From Planctomycetota bacterium (GTDB lineage Bacteria > Planctomycetota > UBA11346), in contig JBBRLJ010000001.1 of assembly GCA_038231435.1 (NCBI GenBank), forward strand, positions 287,314-351,313: 64,000 nt of DNA, read 5' to 3'. Under the pieces are notes generated by a model. It worked only from the letters and a program-made list of their open reading frames with translations, did not search any database and had not been told where the DNA came from. A program made the translations under genes and the position numbers. Below, one piece after another: positions 33,873 to 42,336 of the stretch. Within the stretch, counting starts at the first letter, position 1. The number at the start of each line of letters is the position of its first letter.

Positions 33873-34003
33873 GCCGGGCCTGGGGCGCCGGCTTGTGGCA
33901 GGTTCCTCGGTAGTACGCTCGATCCATGCGACCCGAGGTACGTCCCTGGCCAGCCCGCGGAAACGCGCCGAAGCGTTCCGGAACCCGGTTCTGCTGAGCG
34001 CGC

Positions 34004-34819
34004 GTGCCCGCGATCGCCTTCCTCATCCCGAGCAAGAACCGCCACGAGAGCCTGGCCAGGACGCTCCGTCTGGTCGCTCGCTGCGTCGGGCCAGGCGACG
34101 AGATCCTGGTGTGCGACCAGTCGCCGACCCCGTTCCCAGCCCACGGATGCGCCGATGGACGCGCGCGCGTCCTGCACCGGCCGGATCTGTCCGGTCTGCC
34201 CGCCGCGCGCAACGCGCTGCTGGCAGCGGCCTCGGCGGACATTGCCTGCTTCCTCGACGACGACACCGATCTCGCCGCTGATTTCGCCGCGCGCCTGCGC
34301 GGTCTCGCGGTGGCCGAACCCGAGGTCTGCGGCTGGGGGCCGGTGGTCGAATGCCGGAGCCGCGATGTCCGCCGCCTGCATCGGCTCGCTCATCTCGGGG
34401 TATTCCATGATCCGCGACGGTTGCTGGCCAGACGCCGCGACCAGGACACCAGCGCATTGTACGGATGCTGCTTCGCCGTCCGGCGCGCCGAGGCGGCTCG
34501 CGTCAGATTCGATGCGCGCCGGCCCGGCTACGCGCTCGGCGAGGATCTGGATTTCTTCCTGCGCCTGCGCCGTCCGCTGCGCTTCACGCGCGCGCTGCGC
34601 GCGATTCATCGCAAGGATGGCGGGGATCGCGCGGATCCGGACGCGCGCGGCGTCGCCAAGGCACGCTTCCTGATCTGGCTGGCGCGTCGTCATGGTGGCC
34701 GGAATCCACTCACCCTGGCGCATCTGCTGCTCGCGCTGGCGGTGGCGGCGAGCCAGCGCGGCGACGAGCCGGGCTCGGCTCGCGGCGTTCTCCGCGGCGT
34801 CGCCGCGTGGCTGGGATGA
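34004..34819 (+). CDS. GT2 glycosyltransferase
   Basis: IPSKNR, ARN, FLDDD, GEDLDF. Confidence 0.85.
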   Translation: MPAIAFLIPSKNRHESLARTLRLVARCVGPGDEILVCDQSPTPFPAHGCADGRARVLHRPDLSGLPAARNALLAAASADIACFLDDDTDLAADFAARLRGLAVAEPEVCGWGPVVECRSRDVRRLHRLAHLGVFHDPRRLLARRRDQDTSALYGCCFAVRRAEAARVRFDARRPGYALGEDLDFFLRLRRPLRFTRALRAIHRKDGGDRADPDARGVAKARFLIWLARRHGGRNPLTLAHLLLALAVAASQRGDEPGSARGVLRGVAAWLG

Positions 34820-34853
34820 CGGCCCCCCGATTCCACGATCGGCCGCGCGCCAG

Positions 34854-35414
34854 TCACTCCACTGGATGGCTTTTCTCGCGGATCGCGGCGAATAGCTTAG
34901 CGAGCTTCGCCGCGAGTTCGCGGTCATCGAGCAGCACCGAGAGCTCGCGGTTGTGACCGAGCGCCGCGGCCGTCCAGTTGGTGGAGCCGATGACGCACCA
35001 ACGACCGTCCACCACCAGCGCCTTGTCGTGGGTGGTGCGATCGTCCTCGTCCCACCTGACGTCGATGCCCTTGCTCGCGAGGTACGCGGCGGCGTTGGCG
35101 CTCGGCCGCTCGACGCCTTCCTCGGGGGTGCCTGCGTCGACCACCAAGCTCACCGCCACGCCAGCCTGGTGACGGGCCACCAGGCGGTCGAGCAGCACCC
35201 GCACCGGATGGGTTGGCCGGGCATCCACGGGCAGGTTCACCTGGTACATGACGACGTCGATCGACGTCTGGGCAGCGTCGATGAGCGCCGACACCCGTGG
35301 CCCATACGCCTTGTCGGTGAGCAACTGCGGTCCCGCTACCCCCTCCTCGGCCACTGCCGATCGGAATCCCAGAGTCGCCAGGACCAGCGCCAACACGATT
35401 GATCGGATGCTCAT
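34854..35414 (-). CDS. Secreted phospholipase D-like protein (single HKD, Nuc-like)
   Basis: HDKALVVD...GSTNWT...NRE; signal peptide. Confidence 0.88.
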   Translation of the reverse strand: MSIRSIVLALVLATLGFRSAVAEEGVAGPQLLTDKAYGPRVSALIDAAQTSIDVVMYQVNLPVDARPTHPVRVLLDRLVARHQAGVAVSLVVDAGTPEEGVERPSANAAAYLASKGIDVRWDEDDRTTHDKALVVDGRWCVIGSTNWTAAALGHNRELSVLLDDRELAAKLAKLFAAIREKSHPVE

Positions 35415-35516
35415 GCTCAGAGCTTGCCGACACCACCCGGCCGGCAATGCGCCTCCCAAGGCCTCCATACCACCGAGCATCAACAAGATCAGCTGAGCCG
35501 CACCCCCAACGCCCTA

Positions 35517-35687
35517 CCCAGGGGCCCCATCTCCCGCCAAGGGGCGGGCGACCGAGTGGCTGGGCAGAATAATGGGCGTAGCCCATCCGCCCACGGTTTC
35601 CGAGGCCCAGCCGAGGAAACCGAGCACGACCAAGCCCGTGGGGTAGTCCCGCAGGGACGTAGGGGCATAGCCCCTGACTTAAAAGCA
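35517..35687 (+). repeat. Structured dispersed element family B, copy 2
   Basis: Collinear with 8861-9035. Confidence 0.88.
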
Positions 35688-35742
35688 TGCCCTAAATCCT
35701 TTGAGCGTAATTGGCTGAGCCCGTCCTCAAGCGAAAACCGGC

Positions 35743-35771
35743 TTGAAAAGGACGGTTTCGACTCCTATGCT
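35743..35771 (+). promoter_or_regulatory. Putative sigma70 promoter TTGAAA-17-TATGCT for the pgi-like operon
   Basis: Near-consensus hexamers with a 17-nt spacer, ~135 nt upstream of the ATG. Confidence 0.55.
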
Positions 35772-35906
35772 CGCAGCCCACCAATTATCACCGGTGCGCA
35801 CGGCCGCCTCGATGGACCGGTAGACGACGTTCGATGAGGTCCGGCTCGACCTCCTGCTCGCTCGCTCTGCTGACAAGTCACGGCCCCGCGAGCACTTGGA
35901 GCGCGC

Positions 35907-37301
35907 ATGAGCCTCAATCTCGACTTCACCAACTGCCTCGCCGAAGCGATCGGCGCGACGCACGGCTTGACCAAGTCCGAAGTCGACACCCTGGTGGCCA
36001 AGTTCCCCAAGCATCACGAGAACATCGAGGAGCTGCGCACCAACGGCGAGAGCGCCTTCTTCGATCTCCCCTACCAGAACACCGCCGAGCTCAAGGCGCT
36101 GGTGAAGAAGCACCAGGGCATGTGGGACAACCTGGTGATCATCGGCACCGGCGGCAGCCTGATCGCCGCCAAGAGCCTGTTCACGGCCCTGGGCCATGGC
36201 GAGTTCAACCAGCAGGAGGCCAAGGAGCGCAAGGGCGCCCCGAAGGTGTTCTTCCTGGCGAATCCAGATCCGAAGGGCCTGAGCGATCTGTTCGAGATCG
36301 TGGACATCAAGAAGACCCTCTTCCAGGTGATCAGCAAGTCGGGCACCACGGTCGAGACCCTGGCGATCTTCATGTGGCTGCAGGAGGTCCTCAAGAAAAA
36401 GTGCGGCAAGGGCGCGCTCACCGCCCAGGTGGTGATCACCACCGATCGCGAGAAGAGCTCGCTCGCCGAGATCGCCAAGCAGGAGAAGATCGAGACGCTC
36501 AACATCCCCGGCAATCTCGGTGGGCGTTTCGGCGTGCTCGGCAACGCCGGTCTGTTCCTCGCCGGCATGTGCGGATTCAACGTGGACGCCTTGCTCAAGG
36601 GCGGCGCCGACATGGACAAGCGCTGCCGCCACGGCGACCCGCACAAGAATCCGGCCTACATGCACTCGCTGGTGCACTACCTGCTGACGCGCAAGCGCCG
36701 CAAGACCATCCACGTGATGTTCAGCTTCAACAACCGCCTCTATGGCGTCGCCGAATGGTACTCGCACCTGTGCGCGGTCTCGCTCGGCAAGATGCTCAAC
36801 CGCAAGGGCAAGGCCGTGCACGTCGGCCCGTCGCCAGCGGCGGCGCTCGGCACCTTCGACCAGCACGGCCAGCAGCAGCTCTATGCCGAGGGCCCGTTCG
36901 ACAAGGTGGTCACCTTCCTGACCGTCAAGGATCACGGCCCCAAGATCGCCACCCCGGCCGCGTATCCGAAGATCGAAACCGCAGCGTACCTCAATGGTGC
37001 CGATTTCGCCACCATCCTCGATCACGGCTATCTCGGCGCCGAGCAGCACATCACCGCCAGCGGTCGCCCGAACATGGCGATCCACCTCGACACCGTCGAC
37101 GAGGCGCACGTGGGCGGCCTCTACTACATGCTCGAGCTCTCGACCACCATGAGCGCCGAGCTGTACGGCATCGACCCGTTCGACCAGCCAGGCGTCGAGC
37201 ACGGCAAGCAGGCGACGTTCGCCCAGTTCGGACGCGCCGGCTTCGAGGATCTCGCGAAGAAGCTCAAGGACTACCGCACCAAACCGCGCAGGACCTGCTA
37301 A
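35907..37301 (+). CDS. pgi: Glucose-6-phosphate isomerase homologue; catalytic Glu apparently substituted
   Basis: GTGGS, SKSGTTVET, GGRF, DQH, DPFDQPGVEHGK present; the QL.AESLGK motif reads HLCAVSLGK. Confidence 0.85.
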   Translation: MSLNLDFTNCLAEAIGATHGLTKSEVDTLVAKFPKHHENIEELRTNGESAFFDLPYQNTAELKALVKKHQGMWDNLVIIGTGGSLIAAKSLFTALGHGEFNQQEAKERKGAPKVFFLANPDPKGLSDLFEIVDIKKTLFQVISKSGTTVETLAIFMWLQEVLKKKCGKGALTAQVVITTDREKSSLAEIAKQEKIETLNIPGNLGGRFGVLGNAGLFLAGMCGFNVDALLKGGADMDKRCRHGDPHKNPAYMHSLVHYLLTRKRRKTIHVMFSFNNRLYGVAEWYSHLCAVSLGKMLNRKGKAVHVGPSPAAALGTFDQHGQQQLYAEGPFDKVVTFLTVKDHGPKIATPAAYPKIETAAYLNGADFATILDHGYLGAEQHITASGRPNMAIHLDTVDEAHVGGLYYMLELSTTMSAELYGIDPFDQPGVEHGKQATFAQFGRAGFEDLAKKLKDYRTKPRRTC

Positions 37302-37325
37302 CCCGGGACCTGTCAGGAGTACACC

Positions 37326-38501
37326 GTGTTCAACGCCCTCCAGGGGTTCTTGTCAGACCACCGCGGCCTGCTCGTCCTCGCGACGATCATCGCGTGGATG
37401 TGGTTCGTATGGGCGCTGAAGAAGCACCTGACGCCTCCGGCCACGGCCATCGCCGGTCCGGGCCAGGCACGCATGCCGACGCGCGGGCAGCTCGGGGCAA
37501 ACCGCAAGCCGGGCGACATCGTGCCCCAGCAGCGCACCTCCACCGGCGGCCTGGCACCGGCCATCGAGGCCGGCATGGCCGAGCACCACGTGCGCAGTGC
37601 GGCGGCCACCGCCAAGCTGCTGGTGCCCCCGACCGAGCCGAAAGCCAAACCGACCGAATCGCTCAAGTCCATCAAGACCCCCCCTCCGCCGACCCCCGAT
37701 CAGCTGAAATCCGCGGGCCGCGAACTCCCTGGCGCCCGTCCGACCAGCACCAGCGGCGATCGCACCGTGACCGAGGCCGACGCCATGGAGGGGCTGTTCT
37801 CCGGCCTCAAGGGCAAGCGCGAAGCCTCAGAGGCCGCTCCTGACGCTGATGAACGCAGCGGCGATACCGATACCCTCGACCCCAAGGCGCTGCGCCCGGG
37901 CACCAGCGTGATCAAGCGGGTGAACCGGCTCGAGGAGATCGGCTTCCACCACCAGATCCCGAGCGACAAGCTGCCCGCCCAGTCTCCGCCCGCCCCCGGT
38001 ACGACCTTCACTCCGTCCACGCCGTCACCCTCGATCGATCCACCGAAGCCTCGCACCCAATCAGCCGAACTCGACGACATCCTCAAGCGCATCGACAAGG
38101 TGCTCGCCGACAGCCCGACCACCAAGCCCTCCGAGCGCCTGGCCGCCAAGCCCGCCGAGCCCCAGCCGCCAGCGAAGTCCGAATCCTCGGCCAAGCTCGA
38201 CCCGAGCGACGTGCTCAAGCGCATCGACCAGGCGCTGGCCGAGAGCCAGGGCAGCAACGCCGCTGAAGTGACGATGATGGATCCCGACTGGGCCGACGAA
38301 GCCCAACGCGCCGCCACCGCCGACGTCCCCGCCAAGCCGGTGGCCGGTCCAGCGACAACGCCCGCCGCCGCCAAGCCCGCCGACCCGGCGAAACCCGCCG
38401 CCCCGAAGATCCCCGACTGGGCCCGCTCCGACATCCAGGACGAAGACCTGGACAAGAAGGACGACAGCGACGGCAAGGGCGGCCAGCAAAAATTGTTTTA
38501 A
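37326..38501 (+). CDS. Membrane-anchored Pro/Ala/Lys-rich, largely disordered hypothetical protein
   Basis: N-terminal TM helix; repeated D[IV]LKRID..LA helix; AGGAG RBS before the GTG start. Confidence 0.8.
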   Translation: MFNALQGFLSDHRGLLVLATIIAWMWFVWALKKHLTPPATAIAGPGQARMPTRGQLGANRKPGDIVPQQRTSTGGLAPAIEAGMAEHHVRSAAATAKLLVPPTEPKAKPTESLKSIKTPPPPTPDQLKSAGRELPGARPTSTSGDRTVTEADAMEGLFSGLKGKREASEAAPDADERSGDTDTLDPKALRPGTSVIKRVNRLEEIGFHHQIPSDKLPAQSPPAPGTTFTPSTPSPSIDPPKPRTQSAELDDILKRIDKVLADSPTTKPSERLAAKPAEPQPPAKSESSAKLDPSDVLKRIDQALAESQGSNAAEVTMMDPDWADEAQRAATADVPAKPVAGPATTPAAAKPADPAKPAAPKIPDWARSDIQDEDLDKKDDSDGKGGQQKLF

Positions 38502-38502
38502 C

Positions 38503-38598
38503 ATGGGGGGCTACGGCCCCCCAGGAACGCGCTCCGCGCTGCCCCCCAGGAAGAAACGGGCAGTGAGGGCTGGGAGCATGGCGCTTCGCGCTGCTCTC
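38503..38598 (-). repeat. Palindromic element family A, short form
   Basis: Reverse complement reads GAGCAGCGCGAAGCGCCATGCTC...CCTGGGGGGCAGCGCGGAGCGCG...GGGGGGCCGTAGCCCCCC. Confidence 0.85.
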
Positions 38599-38641
38599 AT
38601 GCGAACGATCAGTCTCAAGTAATCACGTCCTCGCCATGACG

Positions 38642-38740
38642 TCGCGCAGCGCCAACGGCGCCCTGCTCCAAGCCCTCCCTGCTCCCTGGCTCCTGGGGGG
38701 CAGCGCGGAGCGCGATGTTGGGGGGCCGTAGTCCCCCAAC
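38642..38740 (+). repeat. Palindromic element family A, short form; inverted partner of 38503-38598
   Basis: GCAGCGCCAACGGCGCCCTGCTC...CCTGGGGGGCAGCGCGGAGCGCGATGTTGGGGGGCCGTAGTCCCCCAAC. Confidence 0.88.
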
Positions 38741-38753
38741 AAAAAGCCCCCCA

Positions 38754-40127
38754 TCAAAAAGAGAGGCCGTAGGCGACGTTCACGGCGAACTGGTCCTTCG
38801 ACCAGCCGAAGTCGCAGCGGAACAGCGCCGTGCGCTCGAGAGTGGCGCGCAGGCCGATGCCGTAGCTGTGGTGGGCGCGGGCGTCGGCCAGGCCCGGAAC
38901 GTCGGGGGCGACGGTGCCGATGTCGTAGAAGGGCGCGAGACCAAGGCGTTCGACGCGGATCGAGTCGGTGATCGAGAAGCCACGTGGGATCACCCAGAAG
39001 CGGTACTCCGCGCTGGCGTGCCAGGCGGCGCGGTCGGTGAAGCGGTCGGCGAGGTAGCCGCGCAACGTGTACGGACCGCCGAGGCTGGGCAGCGCGAAGA
39101 ACGGCACGTCGCCCATCGTCCACTGCAGGAATCCGCCTACCGCGATGACATCGGTGGGCGGATTCTCCTCGTCGGGTGTGCCGCCGGAGTGGAACAGGCC
39201 CGGCACCGGGATCACCAACGACGTGCGCCATTCTCCCACCGCTCCCGCGCGGTGGTTGTCCTGCAGCGGCGCGACCTGCATGGTGACGCCGGTCGCCCAA
39301 CCGCGGTAGGCATTGTGCTGACTGTCGCGCGTGTCGTAGCGCAGGCCCACCGTGGCCCATAGACTGTCGTTACCGTCCGCCGCCGAGATGACGCCGGGAT
39401 ACACCGTTTGCGCGTTCGGCCGGTTCGGCACGCGCCCGGCGGCAAGGTTGTGATGCTGCCCGAGCAGGCCGAGGGTGAGCACGGTGTCGTCGCCGGGCTT
39501 CGGCAGCGACGCCTGGTACAGAGCCTCTGCGTAGGCAGACTCGTCGGTGTAGCTGGTCTCGTCGGACTTGCGGCTGTCGGGGCCGAATCCGAAGAAGCGC
39601 CGGGTGAGGGTGCGATTGTAGCCCACCACGCCACGCAGCCAGGTGCGCTCCTCCTCGATCACCCCGCCGGTCGGCAATTCGCGGTGCGCGAGCCAGCGCT
39701 GCCAGACGAGCGAGTACTGTTCCTGACCGAGCGTGCTGTGAGCCGCGAACAGACCGAGGAACTCTCGCCTGCGCCGCTCGCGGAAGTCGATGTCGGTGAG
39801 CGACAGACCGCCGCCTGCGCCGACCGCCTCCTCGTAATAGACGATCGGCGAGGCGAACGAGGTGACCATGAATCGCTGCAGCACATTGCCGGGCTTGATC
39901 CGCCCCTCGGGTATGTAGCGCCAGCGTTCGGGTTCGTTCACATCGTCGGGCAGCTTCGCCTTCGGGATCAGGCCGTTGCGCTCCATGCCCTGGAAGGGAT
40001 TGAACGCCGGCGGCTGGGCCGCGGCCTGTTGCGGAGCGCCGCCCTCGATCTGGCCCGATGGGGTGGCCGCGTCCGCGCCGATGGCGCAGCCCGCTGCGGC
40101 GGTCAGGAGCGATACGCGAACAATCAT
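38754..40127 (-). CDS. Omp85/BamA-TamA family beta-barrel protein, no obvious POTRA domain
   Basis: Signal peptide, YDTRD, LGGPYTLRGY..DRF, C-terminal YGLSF beta-signal. Confidence 0.85.
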   Translation of the reverse strand: MIVRVSLLTAAAGCAIGADAATPSGQIEGGAPQQAAAQPPAFNPFQGMERNGLIPKAKLPDDVNEPERWRYIPEGRIKPGNVLQRFMVTSFASPIVYYEEAVGAGGGLSLTDIDFRERRRREFLGLFAAHSTLGQEQYSLVWQRWLAHRELPTGGVIEEERTWLRGVVGYNRTLTRRFFGFGPDSRKSDETSYTDESAYAEALYQASLPKPGDDTVLTLGLLGQHHNLAAGRVPNRPNAQTVYPGVISAADGNDSLWATVGLRYDTRDSQHNAYRGWATGVTMQVAPLQDNHRAGAVGEWRTSLVIPVPGLFHSGGTPDEENPPTDVIAVGGFLQWTMGDVPFFALPSLGGPYTLRGYLADRFTDRAAWHASAEYRFWVIPRGFSITDSIRVERLGLAPFYDIGTVAPDVPGLADARAHHSYGIGLRATLERTALFRCDFGWSKDQFAVNVAYGLSF

Positions 40128-40173
40128 TAACGATTGTTTACTAATAAGCCGGGCCTGCGCAAGCGCGCACGCC

Positions 40174-40980
40174 TCAGCGTTGCTTGGACGGCTTGCGCGG
40201 CTTCTCAGCGGAAGGGCGGGCGTAGTACGATGTCCCCTCGTCCTCGTCGTCCTTCACCACCGGGTAGGCCGGACCGACGTAGAGATCCTCCTCGCCGCTG
40301 CCCGTCTGGGCGGGAAGCAGGGCGCTGTCCAGCAGCGGATCGCGATAGCTGGTGTCGGTCTCGCTGTCGCGCTTCTCGAGCGCGGCGGATCCTGGTTCTT
40401 TGCTGGTCTTCGACGCGCTCGCGGAAGCGCCCGAGGCAGGTACGGCGGCGGTGAACGAATCCGGCCTGCGCATGGTCAGTCGGTGGACGCTCAAGTTCAC
40501 CTGCACCGCGGTCTGCTCGGGCATGAGCTCGGCGAAGCGGCGGCGCAGCAGGCGCTGGCAGAAGCGGTTGCGGTCGGTGACGTTGGGCACCTCCCACAGC
40601 GTCATCACCGCTTCGATCACCACCGCGCGCTTCACGCGATCCTCGAACACGCGCACGTGCGCCTTCTTGACCTCCGGCTCGCCCTCGATCGCGCGCGTCA
40701 ACGCCTCTTCGACCGCGATCAGGCTCACAGAAATGCGGCCATTCTCGGTCTGATAGCTGATCTCACGTGCCCTGCGCATGACCTGCGCCCAGCGCAGCAG
40801 GATGGCCAGCGGGCTGAGCAGCAGGGTCACGGCGAGCCCGGACGCGACCAGGCGGCCGCTCTCGGTCTTGAGGTAGTCCGACATCACGTCGATCAGCGAC
40901 GGCCAAAAATTGTTGGCCACCAGGAGACCGCCGACCGCCATGGCGGCGACGTACATGAACATGCGCAGAGCAGCCCGCAT
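40174..40980 (-). CDS. AmaP/Asp23-like membrane protein
   Basis: Two TM helices followed by TENGRISVSLIAVEE..RA..EVKKAHVRV, resembling the Asp23-type fold. Confidence 0.6.
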   Translation of the reverse strand: MRAALRMFMYVAAMAVGGLLVANNFWPSLIDVMSDYLKTESGRLVASGLAVTLLLSPLAILLRWAQVMRRAREISYQTENGRISVSLIAVEEALTRAIEGEPEVKKAHVRVFEDRVKRAVVIEAVMTLWEVPNVTDRNRFCQRLLRRRFAELMPEQTAVQVNLSVHRLTMRRPDSFTAAVPASGASASASKTSKEPGSAALEKRDSETDTSYRDPLLDSALLPAQTGSGEEDLYVGPAYPVVKDDEDEGTSYYARPSAEKPRKPSKQR

Positions 40981-41108
40981 GCACGCAGTCTAGCACCGGA
41001 TCGACGGCAGTTCCAGTCCACCGCCTCCGAGCGGTGGGGCGCGAGGCCCCGCGGGTCCGACGTGAAAAGGTGGGCAGCAGTGCTTGCACGGGTGTGGTCG
41101 GATCCAGC

Positions 41109-42326
41109 ATGGCGGCCATGCCCTCGAGCGGTCCAGACCAGCGCTACCAGGCCCGCGGCGTGTCCGCGGCCAAGGCCGACGTCCACGCGGCGATCGCCGG
41201 CCAAGACCAGGGGCTGTATCCAGGGGCGTTCTGCAAGATCGTCCCGGACGACCTCTCCGGTGACCCGGCGCACTGCCTGGTGGTGCACGCCGACGGCGCC
41301 GGCACCAAATCGAGCCTCGGCTATCTCGCCTGGATGGAGGGCCTCGGCGACCAGGTCTGGGCGGGCATCGCCCAGGATAGCCTGGTCATGAACCTCGACG
41401 ACTGCGGCTGCGTGGGCGCGCTCGGGCCGTACCTGGTGTCGAACACCATCGGTCGCAACGCCAAGCGCATCCCCGGCGCGGTCATCGCCGGCATCGTCGC
41501 CGGCTACCAACGCGTCTGCGACCTGCTCTCTCAGCACGGTATCGCCTGCCGCATGACCGGCGGCGAGACCGCCGACGTCGGCGACCTGGTGCGCACGGTG
41601 ATCGTCGACAGCACGGTGGTCACGCGGCTCGCGCGCGCGCGCGTGGTGGATTGCACGCGCATGGCGCCGGGCGACGCGATCGTCGGCTTCAGCTCGACCG
41701 GCCAGGCGGCGTGGGAGGATCGCCCCAACTCGGGCATCGGCTCCAACGGCTTGACCAGCGCGCGGCACGAGCTGCTCGGCGCGGGTTACCGCGCGCGCTA
41801 TCCCGAGACCTATGCGCCCGAGATCGCCAGCGAGCTGGTGTATTGTGGCGCGCACTCGCTGCACGATCCGCTGCCCGACGGCGCTGGGGAATCGGTCGGC
41901 GCCGCGCTGCTGTCGCCGACGCGCACCTATCTGCCACTGGTGAAGCGGCTGATCGAGGCGGTACCGCTCGCTGATCTGCACGGGCTGATCCACTGCTCCG
42001 GCGGCGGCCAGGCCAAGATCGTCAAGTTCGGCGCGCGCGGCGCCGCCTCGGGCAACCGCTACGTGAAGGACGCGCTCTTCCCAGTGCCGCCATTGTTCGC
42101 GGCCATCAAGCGGCAGACCGGCCTGGGCTGGCACGAGATGCACACCGTCTACAACATGGGGCACCGACTCGAGGCGATCGTGCCACCCAGCCGTGTCGAG
42201 GCTTGCCTGTCCGCGGCGCGCGCCTGCGCGATCGACGCGCGCATCGTCGGCCATGTCGAGGATCGCGGCCAGCCCGGCAACGAGGTCGTGGTGCGCACCG
42301 CCCACGGCGAGTTCCGCTACACCTGA
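41109..42326 (+). CDS. purM: Phosphoribosylformylglycinamidine cyclo-ligase (AIR synthase)
   Basis: RGVSAAKADVH, HADGAGTKS, GGETADVGD, SNGLTSARH, HCSGGGQ, NMGHR. Confidence 0.9.
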   Translation: MAAMPSSGPDQRYQARGVSAAKADVHAAIAGQDQGLYPGAFCKIVPDDLSGDPAHCLVVHADGAGTKSSLGYLAWMEGLGDQVWAGIAQDSLVMNLDDCGCVGALGPYLVSNTIGRNAKRIPGAVIAGIVAGYQRVCDLLSQHGIACRMTGGETADVGDLVRTVIVDSTVVTRLARARVVDCTRMAPGDAIVGFSSTGQAAWEDRPNSGIGSNGLTSARHELLGAGYRARYPETYAPEIASELVYCGAHSLHDPLPDGAGESVGAALLSPTRTYLPLVKRLIEAVPLADLHGLIHCSGGGQAKIVKFGARGAASGNRYVKDALFPVPPLFAAIKRQTGLGWHEMHTVYNMGHRLEAIVPPSRVEACLSAARACAIDARIVGHVEDRGQPGNEVVVRTAHGEFRYT

Positions 42327-42336
42327 TGCATACCTG

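Noticed and set aside
34854..35414. PLD-like gene as part of a restriction or defence system
   Set aside because: It has a signal peptide and no adjacent helicase or methylase.
40993..41108. Purine or ZTP riboswitch upstream of purM
   Set aside because: Hairpins are present but lack the conserved aptamer nucleotides.
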